A program made the translations under genes and the position numbers. 64,000 nucleotides of DNA from positions 217,930,001-217,994,000 of the forward strand of contig OX597814.1 in NCBI GenBank assembly GCA_951406725.2, given 5' to 3'. Below, piece by piece: positions 50,447 to 61,239 of this stretch (the first letter of the stretch is position 1; each line of letters begins with the position of its first letter). The DNA is from Octopus vulgaris (lineage: Eukaryota). The notes beneath the pieces were generated by a model. It searched no databases. It was not told where the DNA came from and worked only from the letters and a program-made list of their open reading frames with translations.

Positions 50447-51325
50447 ATCTTTTACTTATTTCAGTCATTTGATTGTGACCATGCTGGGGCACTGCCTTGA
50501 AATGTTTTAGTGGAATGAATCAACCGAAGTAATAATTTCTTTAAAGCCTGGTACTTATTGGATCAGTCCCTTGTTTTTTAGCTGAACCACTAAGTAACGG
50601 GGACATTAACAAACCAACATCAGTAGTCAAGCAGTGGTTGGGGACAAACACAAATACAAACACACACACGTGTGTGTGTATATATATAATATATTAATAA
50701 ATAAAAAACATATGCATATATATAAACATATATGTACGTACCTACCTCTACATGTACATATACACGCATATATGAGTACAGGACACCAAAGGGACGTCGA
50801 ACACAATGAGAAACGATAACATAGACACAAACCAAAGGAACTGGACATTTATTTAAAAACAGCAAAAAAAGGAGTACAGGACAATTAACACAAAGAAAAA
50901 AACCCTTCTTCAGTCGCTAAAGGTTTCATCTACTCTACGTTTCGAAGGATATATATATATATATATGGGAGGGTGGGCACTGAAAAGTACTGGGGTACCA
51001 TGAAAGGTCTGGTTGGAGGCCCAACCTTCCGACTTCTTTTACAGGGCTTAGAAAAACTGACAGACCACTGCAATAAGTGCGTGAATCTGAGAGGGGAAAT
51101 GTGTTGAATAAAATCCTTAACTGATCCTCCTGTATTTTCTAGTCCCCAAAGCAAAGAACCTTTCAGCACCCCCTTGTAATTACGATGGGTTTCTTTCAGT
51201 TTCTATCTCTACCAAATCCATTCACAAGACTTTGGTCAGCCCAGGCCTAGAGTAGAAGACACTTGCTGTAAGACTGAACCTGAAACAATATGGTTGAGAA
51301 GCAAGCTTCTTACCACACAGCCACA
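50447..51325 (-). mobile_element. Family A SINE with nested insertions in its internal microsatellite
   Basis: Tail 50447-50670, unknown repeat about 50765-50950, mariner element 50966-51178, head 51181-51325. Confidence 0.78.
50966..51178 (+). mobile_element. Mariner-derived deletion element
   Basis: Matches 14398-14602 and is inserted in (TA)n. Confidence 0.8.
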
Positions 51326-51903
51326 CTTATTTACAGAATTTTGTTGTGGAGCTTTAAAAGTTACTGAAATGAATGTTCGGCCCATTTCACAGTGACCAGA
51401 AAGTATTAAGGAGCTATTGTCATAAAATATAGGACACCACATTTACAGTTAGTATGTACTGTACAAGTTGAACACCTGAGACCATCCAACATACACACAT
51501 ATATGCACACACACACATGTATGCATACCCCCTCCACACACCCACACAAATAAACAATGGGAAATATCTATGAAAGAAATCTATATATACCAGAATATTT
51601 ATATGGAATTAAAGAAAAACCTGACAGACTTAAAAAGAAACAAAAAAATCACTTAAAAATAGAAAAAGATTGTGTCACACAGGAAAAATGTAAAGTGTAA
51701 TAAAAAGAATAATAACCATATTAAAAATATAAGTGTAAAAAGTAGAAATATTAGATTAATATCACAAACGTTATTAATACAGTTTATGTGTCAATATAGA
51801 TTCATGATTGAAAGCCAGGTTAACTACCCAATATATTTACTTAATAGAAACAATAGGAATAATTCTGCTGCTCTTTCACCTGTTTTAGTTATTTATTTAC
51901 TTA

Positions 51904-52288
51904 CTAGCAGTATCGCCCGGCGTTGCTCAGGTTTGTAAGGGAAATAACTATATAAGCATTTTTAGAGAGTTATAGCCAAAAAATAGCAAAAAAATGGAAA
52001 AAAAATTATGGTAAATTTTTTTTGAGAGTTAAAAAAGGTGGAGTCGCGTCCCCTAGACGGTCTGTGGTTTGGGTTTCTGATTCTTGACCCCATGTCGAAT
52101 TTATCGATTTTTTTCAGAACTGGGGGAACTTTTCAAAATTTTCGCTGCGTTAGTTTTGAATTATGACATTGGGCTATGTGTGTGTCAAGTTTCATCAGAA
52201 TTGGTTGAAAGCCGTGGTCAGAGTGAGGGTACGAGAAAACAGACACACAGAAAACGCACAGACAAACTGCCGTTTATATAGAGAGAGA
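51904..52288 (-). mobile_element. Non-autonomous Helitron, second subfamily
   Basis: Same CTAG/hairpin terminal ~65 bp as 24439-24833 but a different body. TC 5' end at 52288. Confidence 0.8.
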
Positions 52289-52789
52289 TTTATGCTTTTC
52301 ATAGATATTTGACCTTGAAATATTAGCTACAAAACCTATAACAGCAGAGAAGGACATCTAAACAATAACGAAAACAAGATCATTATCACCACCACCAAAT
52401 GTGCTTTCCATGCTGGCATGGGTTAGACAGGATCTGGTGTAAGGCAACTACTTAACAGAGTGTACTGGGTGCTTTTCTGATGTCACCAGCACTAGGTGGC
52501 TTTATGCCAGGTGTTGATAGGCAAAAGTATGATAGAGATAAGTACAGTTGTCTTACTATAGAGGAGATACACACCTACGCCATATTATATAAAATAAATC
52601 ATTTCATAGACATTATTAATGTATCCAGTGTATAGTTTGCAGTTTCAATGACTTTATTTAATGCTTAGATGTAGTTAGGTTGCTTGTAATTGAGATAGAT
52701 TCATCAGTCAAATACTACTTTTTTTATTCACAGTATCAGCTCAAGGGGCCACAGTATCAGAGGCATTTTGCTGTACCTTCAGCATACAG

Positions 52790-53225
52790 TTGCAGACATG
52801 GCTGTGTGGTAAGAAGCTTACTTCCCAACCACAGGGTTCCGGTTTCAGTCCCACTGCATGGTATCTTGGGCAAGTGTCTTCTACTATAGCCACAGATCAA
52901 TCAAAGTGGATTTGATAGAGTGGATTTGTTAGACAGAAACTGAAAGAAGCCTGTCATGTGTGTGTGTGTGTGTGTGTGTATTTAAATATGTATATATTTA
53001 TGTGTGTCTGTATTTGTCCCCCCTCCCCCCACCGTCACTTGACAACCAATGCTGGCGTTTTTATGTCCCCCATAATTTAGCAGTTCAGCAAAAGAGACCA
53101 AAAGTATAACTACTAGTTTTACATAGAACAAGTTCTGGGATCGATTTCTTCAACTAAAACCCTTTAAGGTGGTGCTCCAGTATGGCCATAGTCAAATGAC
53201 TGAAACAAGTTAAAGAATAAAAGAA
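52790..53225 (+). mobile_element. SINE family A, older copy
   Basis: Diverged full-length match. Confidence 0.85.
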
Positions 53226-53679
53226 CGCCGCAATTTCCAATATCCAACACACTGGTGTAAAATATAAAAAGTAGGGTTCAGCTATTTGGCTGAGGACACA
53301 GCCAACAACTGAGCCTCTATAAGGTCAAAATACCCTTCGGACTACAAAAAAATATGGGATCACTATGGGTAGAGTGCTTTTCCTCAAGTTCTACATGATC
53401 AGCGCTGAGGCTAAATAACATGAAGAGACAGTATAGATAAGAGTGAAATAGCACATAAAATGCCCTCACCAGCCCCGCTTTGTAAAATACTATGATAATA
53501 GGAAAATGCTGAAGATTCTACCAAAACTATTCTTACTTTTAGTAGACATTCAAATAAAATTATTTACTGGCACAGATTCATCACAAAAATTGGTTTTAGA
53601 GAGGTCGTTAAGTCAAAGAGCAAATTCAAAAATACACTTGATGTGAAGAGTTGATATGGGAAGATAGCGAAAACATTCT

Positions 53680-54106
53680 ATTTTAATGCCAACCCACTTA
53701 AGACCATCCCTACTTCTAGGATATAAAATTCCTGTTTTAAAGTGATTCCAAAGCCTTCCATCAATATTCCATGTTGACTTATGTTCCAAACATTAGTCTA
53801 ACCCTTTAGCATTCATATTATTCAGTTAAATGTAATACTTACTTATTCACATTGTTTTGAATTAATCAAGCACTATCTTATGGCTTCAAGATCTTGATGT
53901 AATTATTTTTAGAATGGCATTATAGGATAAGTACAAGATGTTGGATCAGGCCAGTTGGAACATAAAAGTGACAGAATATTTTGGCCACATATGGCCAATT
54001 TAAATGCTAAAAGGTTAATGATGACAAAGCTATTTTGTTAAATTCATTATTTTTCAAAATTAATCGAAAGGCAGTGTATTTCAACAGAAATATGGTAACA
54101 AAAGGG
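53680..54106. mobile_element. Family 2-like piggyBac MITE carrying a nested family 1 MITE (53802-54014)
   Basis: Right end GTAACAAAAGGG|TTAA. The inner element sits at the position of the internal TTAA seen in 19244-19464. Confidence 0.72.
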
Positions 54107-54182
54107 TTAAAGTAGTCTTTGAATACATACAAAGAGTGAAATACAAAGATTTGTGTTTGTCAGTTGTAAAATCTATAAAGAA

Positions 54183-54580
54183 CTAGCAGCATCGCCCGGC
54201 GTTGCTCGGGTTTGTAAGGGAAATAACTATATAAGCATTTTTAGAGATGTAAAGTATAATAGCCATCTCAATATGGCTAACCACAAAGGGGGGTGTTACT
54301 GTAGCTTTTTACTTTCTGAGATTTAATAATACATTTTTAGAGAGTTACTTCCCTTATATAATAGCAAAAAAATGCATTAAAAATGGGAAAAAATGATGGT
54401 AAATTTTTTCTTAAATTGTAGACTCATCGTAGACGCGCGCTAATACCCAGAAGGGCTCGATATGAATCACGACTATAAGATACCCGCTTTTGGTTACACT
54501 GCACCACAAAATGTGGGAGTAGTTAGGAATCTAAATCGTAGGAGACAGACAGCACACAACCTCACTTTTATATATAAAGA
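54183..54580 (-). mobile_element. Non-autonomous Helitron
   Basis: Reverse complement of 24439-24833, with TC...CTAG ends in an A|T site. Confidence 0.88.
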
Positions 54581-55460
54581 TTTCTACTGAACCAATTGAT
54601 GTATTTCTACCGAAAGAATGATAACATGTCAAAGACGTAAAAAACAAGATTTACTTAAAACTCAAAGAGAATCCTTAGAAAAACAAATGTTGTAATTACA
54701 TTAATGTAGCAATTTACTATTTAGTAAATTTTAATCATTTCAATAATTTTGTCTTTTCTTTTTCCTTAATATTGTTTCCTTTTCTTTTGTTTTTGGCATC
54801 TTTTGCCTATGTGGGTGTACTGGATATTGAAAGTTAAGCCATTGCCTAAGTAACAGCAGAATGCTTGTGACACTGTGACCCTTTGAACTGATGAAAAACA
54901 AGGAAGAAAAATTGAACAAAGAAATTAAAAGTTTGCATGTGTGTGTGTGTGTGTGTGTGCGAGGGTGCACATGTATGTGTGCACACACCTGTGGTTTCTA
55001 CTTAGTAACAAATGACAAAGCAAATAACAGAAGTGAAACAATAGAGAAAATTATATGGCAATGTACATATACTGTGCAAATGAAGCCATCCTTTGTCTGT
55101 GAGGATCAAATGAGTTCTTGTAAACAGAGATAGCAAATGAAAAGAAAGGAATCTATCATTGTTTCAACTGCTTTGAATTGATGACCTTTCAAAGACAAAA
55201 CTGAAAAAAAAAAACAAAAAACAGACAATGAGACTCAAATAAGGTCAGCAGGGCCTGACTAACTACAGCAGCAAATATTTTAGTAACCATCAGAAGAGAA
55301 GATCTCAGATATGTTGCAAACCAATGCACATACAGATAGAAAAAAAAAAAAAAAAAAAAAAAAAACACAGTCCTACATTCTGTTGGCTTATATAATAGTA
55401 TCATCAGAATGTCCAGGTCTCTCAGTTCAAATCCAGCTGCAGTCAACTTTATATTTCACT

Positions 55461-55863
55461 TACTCTTTTTTACTCTTTTACTTGTTTCAGTCATTTGACT
55501 GCGGCCATGCTGGAGCACCACCTTTAGTCAAGCAAATCGACCCCGGGACTTATTCTTTGTAAGCCCAGTACTTATTCTATCGGTCTCTTTTGCCGAACCG
55601 CTAAGTGACGGGGACGTAAACACACCAGCATCGGTTGTCAAGCAATGCTAGGGGGACAAACACAGACACACAAACATACATATGTATATATACATATATA
55701 CGACAGGCTTCTTTCAGTTTCCGTCTACCAAATCCACTCACAAAGCATTGGTCCGCCCGGGGCTATAGTAGAAAACACTTGCCCAAGGTGCCACACAGTG
55801 GGACTGAACCCGGAACCATGTGGTTGGTTAGCAAGCTACTTACCACACAACCACTCCTGTGCC
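55461..55863 (-). mobile_element. SINE family A, full length
   Basis: Reverse-complement match. A further partial head lies at about 56150-56298. Confidence 0.92.
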
Positions 55864-56461
55864 TACTTCTCTAGGATAATTAAAAAAAAAATACTGTTAA
55901 TGGATCAATTTGACTGATTATATGCTGTTTTCTACCAAAATTAGTGTCATGTCTAAATAAGAACAATGGAAGACTGAAAGGAATCCTTTAGCAATTCTCA
56001 GTTTCATCCCTCTTCTAAGTCTCAATCTTACTTTTTGCTTCATGACAGTCAGATGGAAAAAGCAATGCTGAATTCATAAGACATCATTACCATTCCTCTC
56101 TCTCTCTTTCGGAGAGGCACTGAGCAGCTATACGCACACATACACACACGGCAGTAACTTCCACCTACTGAATTCAATCACAAAGCTCCGGTCGGCTCGG
56201 GGCTATAGTGGAAGACACTTACCCAAAGTGCCACGCAGTGGGACTGAATCCGAAACCATGTAGCTAGGAAGCAAGCTCCCTAACCACACAGCCATGCCCA
56301 TTACCATTATTATGGTGGCAAAGAAACTGAAATGATAGAATACAAGATAACATTCCATTGTTGTTTGGCATTTAATGTTCAAACATGGTCAAAGCCAAAT
56401 TACACCATTTCTCTAGAGATGATGAAATACTGGCAACATACTAAACTGAATTCAGAAGAGT

Positions 56462-57232
56462 AGGGATGGCTATGTGATTAAGAAGTTCATTTCCCAACCA
56501 TGTGGTTTCAGGTTCAGTCCCATTGTATGACACCTTAGGAAAGTGTCTTCTACTATAGCCCTGGGTCAGTCAAAGCTTTGTGAGTGAATATGATAGACAG
56601 AAACTGACAGAAGCCTGTTGTGCATATGTGTCTGTGTGTGTGCATGTGTGTCACCTCGTCCACTATCCGAATCGTGGCCGATGCCAGCGCTGCCTCGACT
56701 GGCTTCCGTGTCGGTGGCACGTAAAAAGCACCATCCGAATTGTGGGCCGAAGCCAGTGCCACCTCGACTGGCTTCCGTGCAGGTGGCACGTAAAATGCAC
56801 CAATCCGACCGTGGCCGATGCCAGCCTTGCCTGGCACCAGTGCAGGTGGCACGTAGAAAGCACCCACTACACTCACGGAGTGGTAGGCGTTAGGAAGGGC
56901 ATCCAGCTGTAGAAACATTGCCAGATAAGACTGGAGCCTGGTGCAGCCTTCTGGCTTCCCAGATCCCCGGTCGAACCGTCCAACCCATGCTAGCATGGAG
57001 AACGGACGTTAAACGATGATGATGATGATGATGATGACCTTCACTGTCATACAGGTGATGTCCCTTGTTTCCAGTAGTCTGTATAAACATACCCAACCAT
57101 AAGAAAATATAACTTTGCCTGGAAACAGGTAAGTGTTGATGGCAAGAATGGCATCCAGCCATAGAAAATGTGCTTCAGTGAATTCCATCTAATTCGTGAA
57201 AGCATGGTAAAGTGGACATTAAACTAATGATG
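56462..57232 (+). mobile_element. Old A-head/RTE-tail SINE interrupted by a young RTE 3' fragment (56660-57037)
   Basis: Head 56462-56650, young RTE UTR with (GAT)n, then the old tail 57040-57232. Confidence 0.78.
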
Positions 57233-58070
57233 AAAGCACTCCTCTGACAAAAGAGAAAAAGAACTTGGTCTTATACTTAAGAAACCATTACAATGCAAAG
57301 GTAATAAAAAAAAAAATACAGCCTGAGGAAACTGGTGGTTGTTTATCAGTAAAATTATAGAGTGAAGTACATGAGTTTGCATAAATTTGAATATATTACT
57401 TCCTGTTTAAGTGTGCTCTTACAAAATAGTACTTATTTATGCATTAGAATGCGCAGTTCGTGACTTGGGATAGAATCCAATGTTTTGAATGTGCACCTCC
57501 CTTGTAGAGAGCAATTTTCTCCCTCAGACCAAAGTCTACAATCAACAGATTTCTATTCTCCCCAGGGAATATAAAATTTATCAAAACTCATGAACTTCAC
57601 ATCATAATGGCTGCGTTAAACAGGAAGCAATGAATTAATTTTTGTTTTTATGTTTCTTTCTTAATTTAGCAAATAATACAACAAAAGAGGTTTTACAAAA
57701 TGAAATTTTATTTACTTTGACCACGAGTTTTAGGCAACCCGGAATGAAATTACCACTCTTTAAACATGATCAGATTATTCATTTCCTAGTGTGATATAAA
57801 ATGAGTGCTAAATATTTTCAACACTATACAGATTTTTGTGTCTACAAATAAGTGTCTGTGTGTGTGTATGTATGTTTATATATATATATATATATTCATC
57901 TCATCATCATTTAGCATTTGTCTTCCTGGTGGATGGCATGGGTCGTGCAGTTTGACCTGGTCTCTAGGGCTGGATGCCCTTCGTAATGCCAACTGCTTTA
58001 CAAAGTGTATTTTGTTGTGGCACTGGTACTAGTGAGTTCATCAAGTAACATGTAACACCACTTGACTGAG

Positions 58071-58123
<53 letters not shown>

Positions 58124-58299
58124 GTTTTTGCAGAATGGAGAGTGGTTAAGAAGTTTGTTTTGCAATCAAAAGGCCCCAGGTTCAATAACATAGCAAGGCA
58201 TCGTGGGTAAATGCCTTTTATCAAAGCTTCAGGGAAAACTGAGCTATTTGAATGAAATAAGGAAGATAGAAACTGTTGAGATAGAAACTGAGATGGACA

Positions 58300-58920
58300 C
58301 TAACTGTAACTTGGTGAAAACAAGTGTAGGTACTCTCAGTATTAGTAAAGCTTTCAACTTTGTCTGGCAGAGAAATCTAATGAAAAACTGTCTGTCACTT
58401 GACTTCTGTCAGATCACTGCATTACAATATGTGCAAATGGAACTGTCACTGACCCATACTATCAACTCTGGTATGCTCCAGACTTTGGTTTTTGTCTTCA
58501 ATAATCTTCCACACAAACATCAACAAACCTTCATTATTCAATAAACTTCCACATCCAAGTACCATCTTTATCAAGAAATCTCATCAAATTTGCACAATAC
58601 TCCAGGAAGAAGAAACACCTTGAAAATATCATCCAATGGGTGGCTCATGTTAATTTGTCTTCATCAAAAGCACAATCACTGTACATATCAAGAAAACATT
58701 ATTTCACTTTACACCACCCTAAACAAAACACTACACAACTACATGCCGCATGGCTGCTACATGGTTGCTAGGGCGCAACATCACTGAAGACCTTACTTGG
58801 CAAATACATCCTCATCATAGCTGAAATGATATCATAAATACTGGCTTTCCTTGTCAGAAACAGAAAACACTTCACCTCCAACTGCTACTCACTCTCTGCA
58901 AAACCCAAGCATACCTGTGA
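58300..58920 (+). mobile_element. Decayed CR1/Jockey-group LINE RT fragment
   Basis: LSISKAFNFVWQRNLM resembles LDISKAFDRVWH, and INSGMLQ resembles INSGVPQ. Confidence 0.65.
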
Positions 58921-59779
58921 TATTTAGACAGGGGAGTAAAAATTAAATCTTGCCATTTACCATAATCTCTAAGTCAACTCCAACATGTATGTCATGGTTG
59001 CAGCTAGAGTCCTAATTAAACAGCAAATATTGATTTTTAAAAAAATATTATAAGTAGTATCAATACTATGGTACTCTTCATTCATTTTTTGCAGTCATCT
59101 CACTGAAATGGCTTCAACTTTTACCCAACACCAATTAGCAAAGATAGTAACAGATATAGCAAAAAAGAAACAACAAATCATGCCCCACCCCTACCATATG
59201 GTAAGCACAATCAATCACCTTTAGTAACACTCCAAAGATCTCCAATAATGACAAGGAAAATACTTTATAACGACTCTAGTTATGCCCCAGATAAATTCTC
59301 TTGATACCTCTTACAATTACTTAAAATCCTTTTGAGACAGACACAAAAACCAGTACCTGCAATCTAGAAATATTTCAATGTCAAAGTTTGGTTAGCTTTA
59401 ACAAAGTGAACTTAATAAGTGTTGGGGAGCTTAGTTAGGCTGAATAACTGATACGGGATATCGAAATATAAAGGTTAATTTGGTATCATATAGTTACCAG
59501 TTTTTATGAGACTTCTAAAATGATTTGTAAGAAGAGCTGGGTACAAATGAATTGAGGTCTAAAAGGTTCTAGTGATCAATACCTATAAAGGTAGAAGAAT
59601 ACGGGAAGGCTGCAGCAAATAAATAAAGTGTAAAAGAATTCTTGTGCAAACCTTTTGTTCTTAGAATCAAGACTATCTGAAACCTGTTTACTAAGATGTA
59701 ATACTAGATTAGTATGGAAAAGGTTTTAAATATATCTTTAAAGTTGCACATAAAGTTGTGCATACTCGACAGAGCATTA

Positions 59780-60671
59780 GTGCATACTCGACAGAGTGTT
59801 AGTACCCTGAGAGAAATGTTGGACCTAAGAAGCATCAGTTGTGGTGTGCAAGAAAGACGATTGCGCTGGTATGGTCATGTGGCGAGAATGGATGAAGATA
59901 GGTGTGTGAAAAAGTGCCAATCCCTAGCAGTGGAGGGAACCCGTGGAAGAGGTAGACCCAGGAAAACCTGGGACGAGGTGGTGAAGCATGACCTTCGAAC
60001 TTTAGGTCTTACTGAGGAAATGACCAGCGACCGAGACCCTTGGAAATATGCTGTGCGTGAGAAGACCAGGCAGGACAAGTGAGTCCAGCCCACTTATGCA
60101 TGCCTTTCCTCCCTTGGACACACAAAGACCTGTTGAGGCAAGCGAAGTCGATATCGAACCTCATCCGATGACAGGCACCTATGCCAACCCCCCCTTTGCT
60201 TGCGAAGACCTGTTGGGGCAAGTGAAATCGGAATCGAAATTGAACCAATCCTATGACTGGCACCCGGCAGATGCCAGGACCCCTGGACTGGAGATACGTA
60301 AAAAGCACTATCCGAATCGTGGCCGATGCCAGTGCCGCCTCGACTGGCTTCCGTGTCGGTGGCACGTAAAAAGCACCATCCAAATCGTGGCCAAAGCCAG
60401 TGCCGACTCGACTGGCTTCCGTGCAGGTGGCACGTAAAATGCACCAATCCGACCGTGGCCGATGCCAGCCTCGCCTGGCACCAGTGCAGGTGGCATGTAA
60501 AAAGCACCCATTACACTCACGGAGTGGTTGGTGTTAGGAAGGGCATCCAGCTGTAGAAACATTGCCAGATAAGACTGGAGCCTGGTGCAGCCTTCTGGCT
60601 TCCCAGATCCCCTGTCGAACTGTCCAACCCATGCTAGCATGGAGAACGGACGTTAAACGATGATGATGATG
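59780..60671 (+). mobile_element. RTE LINE 3' end, young, 5'-truncated
   Basis: Open C-terminus RRLRWYGHVARMDEDR...GRGRPRKTWDEVV...EKTRQDK* (stop at 60082), then the 3' UTR repeat array and (GAT)n tail. Confidence 0.93.
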
Positions 60672-60841
60672 AAAGTTATACTCAAGCAACTTTAAGTAAA
60701 CATCCAACAACCAAGAATAAAGGGAATAATTACCAACGAATATTAAAATTGTAAGATGAAAGTAAATGATACGGCTTTATTCATTAGCTAGATCAATGTC
60801 TGCCAAATATTTTTTTTAATTCATTATACTTTGGCTCTTAA

Positions 60842-61239
60842 GGTGGCAAGCTGGCAGAAACGTTAGCATGCTGGGTGAAATGCTGAGCGGTATTTTGTCT
60901 GTCACTATGTTCTGAGTTCAAATTCCACTGAGGTTGACTTTGCCTTTCATCCTTTCGAGGTCGATAAATTAAGTACCAATTACGCACTGGGGTCGATGTA
61001 ATCGACTTAATACCTATGTCTGTCCTTGTTTGTCCCCTCTATGTTTAGCCCCTTGTGGGTAATAAAGAAATAGGTATTTTGTCTGTCACTATGTTCTGAG
61101 TTCAAATTCCACTGAGGTTGATTTTGCCTTTCATCCTTTCGGGGTTGATAAATTTAGTACCAGTTGCATACTGTGGTCAATCTAATTGACTGGCCCCACC
61201 TCCCCAAAAATTTCAGGCCTCGTGCCTAGAGTAGAAAAG
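60842..61239 (+). mobile_element. Dimeric family B SINE with 15-bp TSD
   Basis: Core repeated from about 61073. ATTATACTTTGGCTC at 60823-60837 and 61240-61254. Confidence 0.88.

Noticed and set aside
50900-50950. Type II hammerhead reading (GAAACGTA...CTGAAGA) on the minus strand
   Set aside because: Helix I cannot form, and helix II would need core bases.
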